DNA of 64,000 nucleotides from Tepidisphaera sp. GTDB lineage: Bacteria > Planctomycetota > Phycisphaerae > Phycisphaerales > UBA1924. A program made the translations under genes and the position numbers. Positions within the stretch are counted from its first letter, which is position 1, and every line of letters begins with the position of its first letter. Positions 10,704 to 20,793 of the stretch are shown piece by piece. The stretch lies in contig CP051526.1 in NCBI GenBank assembly GCA_050916045.1, forward strand, positions 896,001 through 960,000, in the 5' to 3' direction. Below the pieces are notes generated by a model, which was given only the letters and a program-made list of their open reading frames with translations, was not told the origin of the DNA and ran no database searches.

Positions 10704-11948
10704 ATGATCTTCGCCGCTCTTTCCGTCGTTGTCGCGTCCACCCTGAGCCAGTCCGCCGCGCAGACCGATGCTCTCAATGGAATCCGGGCCTGGGCTTCCT
10801 CGCCCCGCGAATCCCGGCCCGCGCTGAGCTCCCAACCCTTCGCCGCGGCCGCTCTCTCCCGCGCCGAAGCGGAGGAAGCGGCCGACATCCTCTGGTCCGT
10901 TCGTGCTGCCGACCTCAAACGCGAACGCGAGCAGGAGTGGACCGGCAAATCCATCACCCTCGGCGACAAAGCCATGAAGTTCGAGGTCCGCGTCTTTGGA
11001 GAAAAGCCCAAGACCGGCCGAAGCCTCTTCATCTCCATGCACGGCGGCGGCGGAGCGCCCAAAGCCGTCAATGACCAGCAGTGGAAGAACCAGATCGGAC
11101 TCTACAAGCCCGCCGAGGGCGTCTACATCGCTCCACGCGCGCCCACCGACACCTGGAACCTCTGGCACGAAGCCCACATCGACGACTTCTTCGACCGCAT
11201 TATCGAGAACGCCATCGTCTTCGAGGGCGTTGATCCCAATCGCGTGTACCTGATGGGGTATTCGGCCGGCGGCGACGGCGTGTACCAGCTCGCTCCGCGG
11301 ATGGCGGACCGGTTCGCGGCGGCTTCGATGATGGCGGGGCACCCCAACGACGCGGTGCCGGAGAACCTGCGAAACCTGCCGTTCGCGATCCACATGGGCG
11401 AGAACGACTCGGCCTACAACCGCAACACCATCGCCAAGGAGTGGGGCGACAAGCTCGCCGCGCTCGCCAAAGCCGCGGGGGCCAAGCCCGGTGCGACGAC
11501 GGGCCCGTACGTGCATTTTGTCGAGATCCACAAGGGCAAGGGCCACTGGATGGACCGTGATGACGCTTCCGCCGTGCCGTGGATGGCGGGCTTTACGCGA
11601 GATCCGTGGCCCAAGCACATCATCTGGAACCAGTCCTCCCGCGTGCATGACGCTTTCGCTTGGCTCGCGGTGGACGCCAAAGCCGCCAAAGCCGGTCAGA
11701 AGCTCGAAGCCGTCGTCGAAGGGTCGACCATCACCGTCACGCGCTCGACTCCCGCTTCGGCGCTCACCCTTCGGCTGAGCGATGCGCTCGTTGATCTTGA
11801 TCGTCCCCTCAAGGTCATCGTCAACGGCAAAGCCGTTTCGGAGGACAAAGCCGTTCGTCGCGCGGGCGTGATCTGGGAATCCCTTGTCGCACGTTCCGAT
11901 CGCGCCGCGTGCGGTGTGGCCACCGTCACGATCCCCGCCGCGGAGTGA
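10704..11948 (+). CDS. secreted alpha/beta hydrolase
   Basis: signal peptide, MHGGGG, VDPNRVYLMGYSAGG nucleophile motif, GHWM. Confidence 0.75.
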   Translation: MIFAALSVVVASTLSQSAAQTDALNGIRAWASSPRESRPALSSQPFAAAALSRAEAEEAADILWSVRAADLKREREQEWTGKSITLGDKAMKFEVRVFGEKPKTGRSLFISMHGGGGAPKAVNDQQWKNQIGLYKPAEGVYIAPRAPTDTWNLWHEAHIDDFFDRIIENAIVFEGVDPNRVYLMGYSAGGDGVYQLAPRMADRFAAASMMAGHPNDAVPENLRNLPFAIHMGENDSAYNRNTIAKEWGDKLAALAKAAGAKPGATTGPYVHFVEIHKGKGHWMDRDDASAVPWMAGFTRDPWPKHIIWNQSSRVHDAFAWLAVDAKAAKAGQKLEAVVEGSTITVTRSTPASALTLRLSDALVDLDRPLKVIVNGKAVSEDKAVRRAGVIWESLVARSDRAACGVATVTIPAAE

Positions 11949-12170
11949 TCCGAACGGTCCGGGCCAATCTGGAAAATCGTGCGATTCAACGATTCGGGCT
12001 TGACAGCGAGTGCCGGACGTGGTCAACTGGGACCATCGTGGGCAGGGAAGCGTGTTCCCTCCCGACAATCAGAACGCCGCTTGCCCAAGCCCGATTCTGT
12101 GAGCTTGCGGAGGTGGCGGCTCGGGGTGCGGGACCTATTGAACGGTGCGCCGTTCAGGAAGGAGCCGCTC

Positions 12171-13226
12171 GTGAGAATGTCTGTCATGACGCTCGGTGGT
12201 GTGCTGCTGGTCTCTCTGGCCGGGACAGCGCAGGCACAGTACACGCAGAATTTTGATGGTTTGAACGAGGGTTCGCTCGTCGGTCAGGATGGGTTCTTCC
12301 AGCCGGTCGCGGGATCGAACGATTTCCAAGTGGCGACGTTCAACAACCCGCTTCTGTTCAGTGTGACGCCGAACCCGACGGGCGGGACCAAGACCGCGGT
12401 CGGGTCGCAGATCAACTCCGCCAACGGGCTTGCGCGATCGCAGAACTTCGTGAACTGGAGCGCCGGTCCGGTCTGGACGATCTGCGTCGATGTGTGGGCG
12501 GACTACCAGGGGGATCCCGCGCTGCACGGCAACAACGTCGGTTCGCTCTCGATGCAGCCGTTCGGAGCCACGCCCTACACAAACCAAGGGCTGATCATGC
12601 TCTTCTACTATGTGACGCCGGGCAACGTCGATTCCAAGATCGCCATCGGCTGGAACATGCACCTCGACAGCGGAGCGGATGTGACGCCGGGCGCCTTCTT
12701 CAGCCCCGACAACATCAATCAGACGTACCCGCAGGGCGCGTTCAGCGAGCTTTCCCCGCGGAGCTGGCACCGCGTCTCGTACGTCGTGAACTACACAACC
12801 AATACGCTCGACAAGGTCGCGGTGACGGACCTGCAGACCGGCGCGAGCACGACCTTCGTCACGGCCGGCACGACCGGGCCGGTCGGCGGCAACGGAAACT
12901 GGAACATGGCGGGCGGAGCGGCCAACGCCGCCCGATTGCCTATGCCCACGCAGTTCCGCTTCTTCGGCGGCGGCACGGCGGGCGGCGGGAACGTCATCGC
13001 GTTCGACAACCTGAGCATCTCGCTGGGCGATGCTCTGTGCACCGGAGCCGGCTGCCCCTCGGCGGACTTCAACGGCGACGGGTTCGTGGACTTCTTCGAC
13101 TACGGTGATTATGTCGCGTGCTTTGAGGGGGAATGCCTGCCGGGGACCAACGCCGACTTCAACGGCGACGGGTTTGTGGATTTCTTCGATTACGGCGACT
13201 TCGTCTTCGCCTTCGAGGGCTGCTGA
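12171..13226 (+). CDS. secreted protein with C-terminal GC-type dockerin-like tail
   Basis: GGAG RBS + GTG, signal peptide (AQA), twin ADFNGDGFVDFFDY repeats ending FEGC. Confidence 0.8.
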   Translation: MRMSVMTLGGVLLVSLAGTAQAQYTQNFDGLNEGSLVGQDGFFQPVAGSNDFQVATFNNPLLFSVTPNPTGGTKTAVGSQINSANGLARSQNFVNWSAGPVWTICVDVWADYQGDPALHGNNVGSLSMQPFGATPYTNQGLIMLFYYVTPGNVDSKIAIGWNMHLDSGADVTPGAFFSPDNINQTYPQGAFSELSPRSWHRVSYVVNYTTNTLDKVAVTDLQTGASTTFVTAGTTGPVGGNGNWNMAGGAANAARLPMPTQFRFFGGGTAGGGNVIAFDNLSISLGDALCTGAGCPSADFNGDGFVDFFDYGDYVACFEGECLPGTNADFNGDGFVDFFDYGDFVFAFEGC

Positions 13227-13260
13227 TCGCCGAGCGGTGACGATGGATTGACAACACGCG

Positions 13261-13300
13261 CCCCGACCCCGGACTCGTGGCTGGGGTCGGGGTTCTTTTT
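13261..13300 (+). terminator. rho-independent terminator
   Basis: ccccgacccc...ggggtcgggg stem followed by ttcttttt. Confidence 0.7.
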
Positions 13301-13323
13301 CCACCTACCATCGGTCACCCGCC

Positions 13324-14856
13324 ATGGCCGATTCGCTTCCAAGCCCGCCCTCCTCGCCCCCCAGCGCGTCGCGGTCCCCGCTCCTGGCGCTCCGGCACCC
13401 TCATTTCCGGTTGATCTGGTTCGCCGCGTTCGGGACCTACCTCGGCAACTGGTTCGAGTTCGTCGCCGTGCGGTGGCTTGTCACTGAGGAAGCCAAGCAT
13501 CTCGAAGAGGTCGCCAAAGCGGCCGGCACCAAGAGCGAGGTCAACGCCGAGGACTGGATGGCGTACCTGTCGATTGCCCAGCTTGGCCCGACGCTCTTTC
13601 TGGGGCTTTTCGGCGGGCTCGTGGCGGATTCGGTGAACCGGCGGTCGCTGCTGGTCGCGACGCAGGGCGCGATGATGCTGATCGCGTTCGCGATGGCGAT
13701 CGCGGCGTTCTCGGGGCACGCCAACCGATGGATGCTCCTGGTGCTGGTGCTTTGCCAGGGGATCGCGGTGCCGTTCAACAACCCGGCCTGGCAGGTGCTC
13801 ACGCCTCGGCTGGTCCCGAAGGATGAGCTTCACCTCGCGATCACGCTCAACGGCATCTCGTTCAACGTCGCCCGCACCCTCGGCCCGGCGATCGCCGGCG
13901 TCATCATGGCCGTCTTCAAGACGCCGATGCCGCTCCCGGGCGATTCCCAGACGACAAGCCACGGAGCCGCGGCGCTCCTGCTCTTCAACGCGCTGACGTT
14001 CATCGGCGTGATGATCGCGGTCCTCAAGACCCCAGACGCACCCGCTCCCGCCGAACTGGTCGGAGCGTGGCGTCGGCCGGGCCTTGCTTTCGCCCGGAGC
14101 AAGGAAGCGCTGGGCTGGGTCTGGCACCGAAAGGGCCCGCGAGCGGTGCTCCTTGCGGTCGTGGTTTTCGCGGTTTTCGCGACGCCGGTCATGCCGCTGA
14201 TGTCTCTGATCGTGCACGATGTGCACGGCGGCGACGAGGACACCTTTGGCGTGTTCATCGCGGTGATGGGCCTTGGCGCGGTGACGGGCGGGCTTGTGAT
14301 GCGGTATGTGCCGCCGTGGTACCCCATGCATCACTTCATCCCGCTGTCATGCACGCTGGGCGGGGTGTTCATCCTGCTCTTCGCCGTCGCGGACGACAAA
14401 GCCTGGGCGCTCTTCACGCTCTTCTTCGTGGGCATCTTCTGGATGTGGGGGTTCAATTCCTCCGCGGTGGCGATGCAGAAGCTCGCGCCCGACGACATGC
14501 GCGGGCGGATCTCCGCCGTGGTCAACACGATCGCCATGGGCCTGATGCCCGTCGGCCCGCTCCTCGCGTCCAAGATTGGCCATGTTTCCGAACCTTGGCT
14601 CGTGCAACTCGGCCTTTTCACCCAGACGCCGGGGCTTTCGACTCAGCTCGGCATCGCCGCGTGCGCGGTGATCCTGCTCGCCGCGAGCCTCGTCATGCTC
14701 ATCTGGCGGACGCCCGAGGTCGACAACGTCTCGCCGGATGATCCGTCCTACGACCGCCAGCCGGGCCTGCTCCGTGGAATCCTCGCTCACAACCACAAGC
14801 CCGGGTACGTTCCGCCGGCACGCGAGACCTCCGCTTTCGAGGATGCCGGCAAATGA
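13324..14856 (+). CDS. MFS transporter (MFS_3/DHA3-like)
   Basis: GGLVADSVNRRSLL, PAWQ..P.LVP, NVARTLGPAIAG, PDDMRGR. Confidence 0.88.
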   Translation: MADSLPSPPSSPPSASRSPLLALRHPHFRLIWFAAFGTYLGNWFEFVAVRWLVTEEAKHLEEVAKAAGTKSEVNAEDWMAYLSIAQLGPTLFLGLFGGLVADSVNRRSLLVATQGAMMLIAFAMAIAAFSGHANRWMLLVLVLCQGIAVPFNNPAWQVLTPRLVPKDELHLAITLNGISFNVARTLGPAIAGVIMAVFKTPMPLPGDSQTTSHGAAALLLFNALTFIGVMIAVLKTPDAPAPAELVGAWRRPGLAFARSKEALGWVWHRKGPRAVLLAVVVFAVFATPVMPLMSLIVHDVHGGDEDTFGVFIAVMGLGAVTGGLVMRYVPPWYPMHHFIPLSCTLGGVFILLFAVADDKAWALFTLFFVGIFWMWGFNSSAVAMQKLAPDDMRGRISAVVNTIAMGLMPVGPLLASKIGHVSEPWLVQLGLFTQTPGLSTQLGIAACAVILLAASLVMLIWRTPEVDNVSPDDPSYDRQPGLLRGILAHNHKPGYVPPARETSAFEDAGK

Positions 14857-15476
14857 GCCGCCTCGCCGCTCTGCTCGGTGTGATTTCCTGCGTGCTCGCG
14901 TTCGGCTGCCAAAGCAAGCCGTACCCGACGGATCCCTTCGACCGCGGTACCCCCGCGGCGCTCCGGACCATCGCCCGCGCGTACGAGCAAGCGGTCGCCG
15001 AGATCCACGCACGACCCGACGAGACGTGGCACCACAACTGGCACGGCAACATCTGGCCCAACACCGTCGGCGGGCGACATCGCGGGCTCTGCTACGAGTG
15101 GCAGGAAGAGGTCTGGAAAAGCGTGGGCCCGGTCGTCCAGCGGGTCGGCTGGGAAGGTGTCGGGTTGGCCGCGAACGTCGACCGCTGGACCGAGCACCAC
15201 GTCATCGTCGTCTTCGATCCCACCCGCATCGGCCGAGATGAGCTCATCCCGCCGCTTCCGCCGGGCGTCGATCCCTCGGACGGGCTTCCCCAGGGCGAGG
15301 GGTGGGGCCGCCGGCCGCCCAACGCCATGACCCGCCCAGCCTGGGTCCTGGACCCGTGGCACACGGGGGAGCCCCTCGTCTACACCCTCGACGAATGGCT
15401 GATTCGCGGCACGGCGGACTGGTATTCGGTCGCGCTCGAAGAGCTTCCCGCGCCCGTCCCACCCGCCGGGAGGTAG
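14853..15476 (+). CDS. hypothetical lipoprotein, possible Cys-His-Asp enzyme
   Basis: lipobox AFGC; GLCYEW, EHH, VLDPW motifs; overlaps MFS stop. Confidence 0.6.
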   Translation: MSRLAALLGVISCVLAFGCQSKPYPTDPFDRGTPAALRTIARAYEQAVAEIHARPDETWHHNWHGNIWPNTVGGRHRGLCYEWQEEVWKSVGPVVQRVGWEGVGLAANVDRWTEHHVIVVFDPTRIGRDELIPPLPPGVDPSDGLPQGEGWGRRPPNAMTRPAWVLDPWHTGEPLVYTLDEWLIRGTADWYSVALEELPAPVPPAGR

Positions 15477-15525
15477 CGGTTGGTCGTCGGGTGTGGTATC
15501 GTGATGCTCGGGGAGTTTCCGACGT

Positions 15526-16410
15526 ATGCCCACGCCGCAGTACAGAATTCCAGGTGTGCTTGGCTCAGATGCGACCGGCCTCTCCGGCCGCACGGGCGGA
15601 GCGATGCTTGCTTCTGTCGAGGCGAAAGCGGAGACGGAGGACAAGTCCGGGGAGTCCGACGCGCTGGGCGTGCCGGCGTTCTCCGGTGTCTCGCGTGCCG
15701 ATGTCTACCGCGAGGTCGAGGAACGCGTCCTTGACGCTTCGCTGATCCGCCAGGGCGACGCGAGCCTCTGCGGCCCGGCGGTAGTCACGTACATCCTCGC
15801 CAGGAACCGCCCCGGCGAGTACGAGCGATACGTCAAGAAGCTCTTCGAGACCGGTGATGCGAGCGTGGGTGAGCTTCGCGTCCGCCCGGGGGAGGATTGC
15901 CGCCGGCATACGCCCAGCGGGATCGGCGCGGCCGACTGGGTCGCTTTGGCGGGTCTGCGCGACTCGGAGAACATCATCTTCGACTACGACGAGGTCTCCG
16001 ACAAGGTCGCGGGCATCACCTTCCCCGGCTCTATCGCGTCATGGCTCGAGCGGATGGGTTTCGCCGGCGTCCGCAACGACACCAACCTCGTCTTTCACAA
16101 GAGCAAGTCCAACTTTCTGGACGCGGTGGACCAGTTCCGCAAGGGCCGGGCCGTGTGCCTGTTCGTGAGCATCGACGGCATCCAGAAACCGCCGCCCGGC
16201 CGCGGGTTCTTCGAGAAGATCGCGGGCAAGTTCCCCAACCACTGGGTCGTGCTGACCGACGTCGAGTCCGCGAAGGACGACGACGTTCACTTCAAGATCT
16301 TCACGTGGGGCTTTGGCGACTACGACATCCCCGGCGATGCCGGATTCGGCAAGCTGAAGATGAGCTCGTGGCTCGACAACTATTACGGCTTTGTCTCGTG
16401 CGACGTGTAA
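15526..16410 (+). CDS. hypothetical papain-fold cysteine protease-like protein
   Basis: IRQGDASLCGPA, NHWVVL, FTWG; start uncertain. Confidence 0.55.
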   Translation: MPTPQYRIPGVLGSDATGLSGRTGGAMLASVEAKAETEDKSGESDALGVPAFSGVSRADVYREVEERVLDASLIRQGDASLCGPAVVTYILARNRPGEYERYVKKLFETGDASVGELRVRPGEDCRRHTPSGIGAADWVALAGLRDSENIIFDYDEVSDKVAGITFPGSIASWLERMGFAGVRNDTNLVFHKSKSNFLDAVDQFRKGRAVCLFVSIDGIQKPPPGRGFFEKIAGKFPNHWVVLTDVESAKDDDVHFKIFTWGFGDYDIPGDAGFGKLKMSSWLDNYYGFVSCDV

Positions 16411-16434
16411 ACGCCCAGCGAGGAGCGTCCGGCT

Positions 16435-16989
16435 TCAGGCGCGGCTCTGGTACGACCCGTCCATGGTCGAGACCTTGAGCTTCTCGCCCTGCTTGATGAA
16501 CGCGGGGACGCGAACCATCAGGCCCGTCTCCATCTCGGCGTCCTTGGTCTGGTTCGTCACGGTCGCACCCTTCACTTCGGGCGGGCAGTCCTTGACGATC
16601 AGTTCGACCGAAGAGGGAAGCTCGAGGGTCACGGGGTTGCCCTCGTGGAGCAGCACCGTGCACTTGCCGTTGGGGATCAGATACTTGAGAGCTTCGCCGA
16701 GCACGTCGACCGGCATGGTCAGCTGCTCGTAGTTCTCAGAGTCCATGAACGTCGCGCCCGACGAGTCGGAGTAGAGGTACTCCATCTCGCGGCGGTCCAG
16801 GTCGATCACGTCCACGCTGTCCGACGAGGACAGACGCTTCTCGATGATCTGCCCCGTGATGACGTTGCGGATCTTGATCTGGATGAACGCACGGAGGTTG
16901 CCGGGCGTGCGGTGCTCGAAGTTGGTGATGACGAACAGCTTTCCGTCCATCTTGACGCCAAGGCCGGGCCTGAGTTCCGTTGCGCGCAT
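16435..16989 (-). CDS. efp: elongation factor P
   Basis: ATELRPG, TPGNLRAF, EYLY, KGAT, METG..VRVPAFI..GE. Confidence 0.97.
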   Translation of the reverse strand: MRATELRPGLGVKMDGKLFVITNFEHRTPGNLRAFIQIKIRNVITGQIIEKRLSSSDSVDVIDLDRREMEYLYSDSSGATFMDSENYEQLTMPVDVLGEALKYLIPNGKCTVLLHEGNPVTLELPSSVELIVKDCPPEVKGATVTNQTKDAEMETGLMVRVPAFIKQGEKLKVSTMDGSYQSRA

Positions 16990-17118
16990 GATCGGCTCCC
17001 GTTGGGGTCACGATTCTGAAATCGTGGGGCCGATGATAGGCGGCCTCCGCTCGCCCGATCGACCCTCGGGTGATCCGGCGGGCCCCGGCAGGCCCGGTCC
17101 CAGCCTTCCCCAGGTCCG

Positions 17119-17955
17119 CTATCGGACCATCCCCGCCGCGGCCGGGTCGGCGGCCGGCGAGGATGCCGGAGCGGGCGCACCCCGCGACGCATTCGCCGTC
17201 AGGACGCCCGGCCACGTCTCCACCAGCGACTTGACCATCGCGCGGAACGCCCGGCCCTCCGCGCGGAGCCGCGCATCATCCGCCGCCTCGGTGCTCGTCC
17301 AGAAATTCGCAAGCTGGCCCGCGTCCCCCGCTCCCTCCGCGAGCGCGTGCACGAAGCCCGTCCGCGTGTCAAGCAGCGCCGCCGAAGCCGTCGTCTTCAC
17401 GGTCTCGACCTTCGTCGGGAAGAGCCCCAGCGACACCAGAGACACCGCGCCCGCGTACTGCTCGCTGTCGAACACCGTGTCGAACGTGTACACCAGGAGC
17501 AGATCCGCCCGAAGCCCCGCCGCCGCCGCCCGCAGCTCGCGGTCGCTCGTCAGACCCGACGGGACCACAAGCCGGTTCAGACCCGCCACGCTCCGCACGC
17601 CCGCAAGCCCCGAGATCGCCGCGAAGTCCGCGTCGGTCTCAACTTCCCGTGTCGTGACCACGCAGTACTTCCCCGATCCGTATCCCTCACGCCCGGCGTA
17701 ATTGCGATACCCCGGAGCCTGTACGCGGGCCACGGCGATCGAAGCGGGAAAGGTCGCGAGCGGCTCTCGCGCGAACGCTTCACGGATCTCGCCGTCGGTT
17801 GTCTGCGCCTGGGCCGCGGTGAAAAGGGTCATGTCCGCGCCGCGCCCCGGCGTGGCGTACGAAGCGCACCCTCCAAGCCCGATCGATGCGCCGACAAACG
17901 CGAAAGCCGCCGTGATCGCCCGAGAGAGACGCCGAAGGGAAACGCCGGTGTTCAT
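17119..17955 (-). CDS. hypothetical lipoprotein
   Basis: lipobox LGGC; FPASIAVARVQ, ADLLLVY, ALLDTRTG; last gene of ECF operon. Confidence 0.7.
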   Translation of the reverse strand: MNTGVSLRRLSRAITAAFAFVGASIGLGGCASYATPGRGADMTLFTAAQAQTTDGEIREAFAREPLATFPASIAVARVQAPGYRNYAGREGYGSGKYCVVTTREVETDADFAAISGLAGVRSVAGLNRLVVPSGLTSDRELRAAAAGLRADLLLVYTFDTVFDSEQYAGAVSLVSLGLFPTKVETVKTTASAALLDTRTGFVHALAEGAGDAGQLANFWTSTEAADDARLRAEGRAFRAMVKSLVETWPGVLTANASRGAPAPASSPAADPAAAGMVR

Positions 17956-18011
17956 GCTGAGCTCCTTTGCCGCACGCAGCGCGGGAGCCTCGCACATGGT
18001 TCACGAGAATC

Positions 18012-20768
18012 TCATCGCGGCATCGCGTTCGTCGCCTGCTCAACACGCGGAAGGGGCCGAACCGCCGGCGGCACGGACGAGAGAGCATCAACCGAGATGA
18101 ACGAGGTCATCGCGGAGACCAGGTTGTGCCGCAATGCGAGCTCGACGATCTCGCGGCGGACACCATCGGCATCGGCCGACCCCGAAGCCAGTTGCTCGGA
18201 GAGCATCAGCACCTTGGCGCGTGCCCAAAGCGTGGGAATCGCGCCCGGAGCCGGTGTCGCCGCATTCCACGCCGCCGTCAGCGTCTCGCGCCGGACTCCC
18301 GAAGCCCCGCGAACGGTGCCCGTCACGCGGATCTCGCCTCCCGCGGTCGGCGGCGACAGAAGCTTGCCCACGATGTGCACCGGACGGCCGGCGCTGAGGT
18401 TCGGCAAGCGGCGCGGGAAGACATCGACGACCTCCGCGCCGCCCCAGTCGATCTCCAGATCGGTCATCACCGGCGACCCCTCGCGGTCCAGGAGCCGGCT
18501 CATGATCGCATCGTTCCCCGCGGATGCGGCCGGGTCGGAAGAGAGGTGGATCACCCCGCCGCGGCCGATGCGTGACAAGCTCTCAAACGCGAACCCGGCG
18601 GGCTCATCGATCGAAACGGCGAAGATCCGAGCGGACTGGAGGTTCGCGCGTGCTTCGCGAAGAGCTTGCACGCCGCCGGAGATCTCTCCTTGGCCGAGCA
18701 CGCAGACCAGCCGCGAAGCCGCCGCAGCAGGCAGGAGAGCGTCGCGGATCGCCGCATCGAGCGCTCGATCCGTGCCGGCCGCCGGACCGATGCGGGCGAT
18801 CGCCGCCGCGATCCCGTCGGCCGTCGCGGGTTCGAACGCCCCCGAGGCACCACCCGGCGAAGCGACCAGGAATCGGTCCGTCGGGGTGAGCTTGCCGAGC
18901 AGCGCCGCCGCGGCCGCCCGATAGGCTTGGATCTGCGCCGGGGTGGTTTCCGCGGTGATGTCGGCGACGACCGCGACCTCAAGCGGAGCCCGCTCGCCCG
19001 TGCCGACGGGCGGGGTGATGAGCATCGAGAAGTACGTGCCGCTCGAACCCCGCTGTGTGATGACGCCCACCCGCGGGGTCGGCGCCGCGACCGCGTACCG
19101 AAGCACAAAGTCGCGCGTCGATGCGCTCAACGGGGCACCCATCGTGATCGTGCGGCCGCTCTCCGGCCCCTGATCGACCGAGATTGCATGCGTCGGGCTG
19201 AGAACGCCGAGGATCTCTAGCCCGGCTTCCAGACGCACCGAAACGGAGACCGGCACCGATCCCGCGACCTGCGCCAAGCCCGTCATGGGAAGCGTGAACT
19301 CGTACGCTCCGGCGATCTCCGTCCCCGAGCCGCTCGGGATCCCCGCGTAGTCGAGCGTCGCGAAGTAGGTGACGCTGGTGGCGATCCAAGCTCCGCTCTC
19401 GATGTTCCCGATACGCTGCACGAGGATGTTCGCGGTGTCCTCGTCGAGCATGGACGCGATCTTCCCCTGCCGCTGAGCGTCCAGAAAGATCCGTTCGGCT
19501 TCCGCCCGTTCGCGGATGACCCCTCGGATACGACGTTCGCGTCCAGGCGCGCCGACGGTCATGACAAAGTCTGTCACCGCCGCGTCGCGGGGCATCGGGA
19601 GCACATACACGCCGTCGACGGTCTCGGACAGTTCGTTCTGGAATCGCTGGCTGACGGTCACGCTGGAGATCGGCCCGGTGATCGTCGCTTCGGCTTTGTA
19701 CTCGCGAAGGGTGGCGGTGCGACCTCCGAGCCCGCGTCCAAGCCAGAGGGTGCCCGCGCCCGCATCCGGCGGACGTCGTGCATCGCGGAGCGCGGCTCGC
19801 GGGGTCGGGCGCGAGATCACCCAGAGCTCTTCGTCGAACCGTGGGAGAGGGCGTTCAAGCTCTTCCCGACCCATACCCGATTCGGCGGCCAGGTCGCGGA
19901 CGGCTTTGTCCTCCGCGCCGACCTTGAGCGGAACTTCGAGACGATCGCGGCGTGCTTCGGGAGTGCCTGTCGCGGCGGGGCGGCCGACGCCGGGCCCGCC
20001 GGGTTGAGCGACCTTTTTGAGTCGATCGTTCTCGGCTTCCTTCGCGGCGTCCTTTTCGGCGCGCTTCGTGGAGCCCGGGGCGACCTCCGCTTCCTTTGCA
20101 GCGCCCGGGTCTTTGGGTGCGGCGGGCCTTCCGGCGGGCGGTTCCTTGGGAGTTGTCGCCGGAGCATTGGCAGGTGAGGGTGGGGCGGGTGGGGCGGCGG
20201 TGGGTGCCGGTGGGGGCGGGGTCGCACCGTCGCCAGCAGCGGCTTCTACCGCGCCTCTCGTCGAGCTTTCTCCCGCGCCTCCGCCGGCCGTCGCCGCGCC
20301 GCGTGTCTGGCCGCCGGGGCCGTCCTGGGTCAGTCCGGCTTTCGCGGCACCTGCTTCTCCCGGGACGCGCTTGGACGAAAGCGAGGAACCTCCGTTGTCC
20401 GGCGGGAGCGAAAGGGCGATTCGGTCCAGGTTCTGGCTTTGCAGCGAAAGCGACGTCGAGTTGAGGAAGAAGCGATTGGTTTGCTCGGTTTCAAGCACGG
20501 AGGCGCGATCCAGCGTATCGACCTCGGCCTTGATCACTTCCATCATGCTGCGGCCATCGCGATCGGCGAGCGGCTGGGACGGGGCGCCCGCGGCCATGGG
20601 GTCTCCCACCGGAGCTCCCGTGTCCGCCGGTCTCTTGCCGAGGGGTTCTGGCGGAGCGTTGGTGCTCGTGCACCCCTGCCAGCCCACGAGGGCGATCGCG
20701 AGCAGAAGCACGCCCGCGCGCCGCACGCCGGGTGTCCGTTCCGCGATGATCTGTCGGCGTCTGCTCAT
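18012..20768 (-). CDS. VIT domain + VWA-like lipoprotein
   Basis: lipobox-like WQGC, Pro/Ala-rich linker, VIT (VSQRFQN..YVLPMP.DAAV.DF), RDFVLRY, C-terminal LWAR...LVSAMTSF. Confidence 0.8.
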   Translation of the reverse strand: MSRRRQIIAERTPGVRRAGVLLLAIALVGWQGCTSTNAPPEPLGKRPADTGAPVGDPMAAGAPSQPLADRDGRSMMEVIKAEVDTLDRASVLETEQTNRFFLNSTSLSLQSQNLDRIALSLPPDNGGSSLSSKRVPGEAGAAKAGLTQDGPGGQTRGAATAGGGAGESSTRGAVEAAAGDGATPPPPAPTAAPPAPPSPANAPATTPKEPPAGRPAAPKDPGAAKEAEVAPGSTKRAEKDAAKEAENDRLKKVAQPGGPGVGRPAATGTPEARRDRLEVPLKVGAEDKAVRDLAAESGMGREELERPLPRFDEELWVISRPTPRAALRDARRPPDAGAGTLWLGRGLGGRTATLREYKAEATITGPISSVTVSQRFQNELSETVDGVYVLPMPRDAAVTDFVMTVGAPGRERRIRGVIRERAEAERIFLDAQRQGKIASMLDEDTANILVQRIGNIESGAWIATSVTYFATLDYAGIPSGSGTEIAGAYEFTLPMTGLAQVAGSVPVSVSVRLEAGLEILGVLSPTHAISVDQGPESGRTITMGAPLSASTRDFVLRYAVAAPTPRVGVITQRGSSGTYFSMLITPPVGTGERAPLEVAVVADITAETTPAQIQAYRAAAAALLGKLTPTDRFLVASPGGASGAFEPATADGIAAAIARIGPAAGTDRALDAAIRDALLPAAAASRLVCVLGQGEISGGVQALREARANLQSARIFAVSIDEPAGFAFESLSRIGRGGVIHLSSDPAASAGNDAIMSRLLDREGSPVMTDLEIDWGGAEVVDVFPRRLPNLSAGRPVHIVGKLLSPPTAGGEIRVTGTVRGASGVRRETLTAAWNAATPAPGAIPTLWARAKVLMLSEQLASGSADADGVRREIVELALRHNLVSAMTSFISVDALSSVPPAVRPLPRVEQATNAMPR

Positions 20769-20793
20769 GCCGGTCTCCGCGTCGTGAGGCACC

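Noticed and set aside
16988..17040. Hairpin sequestering the efp ribosome binding site
   Set aside because: A -10-like TATCAT overlaps the 5' arm, so the stem is probably mostly not transcribed; no further support
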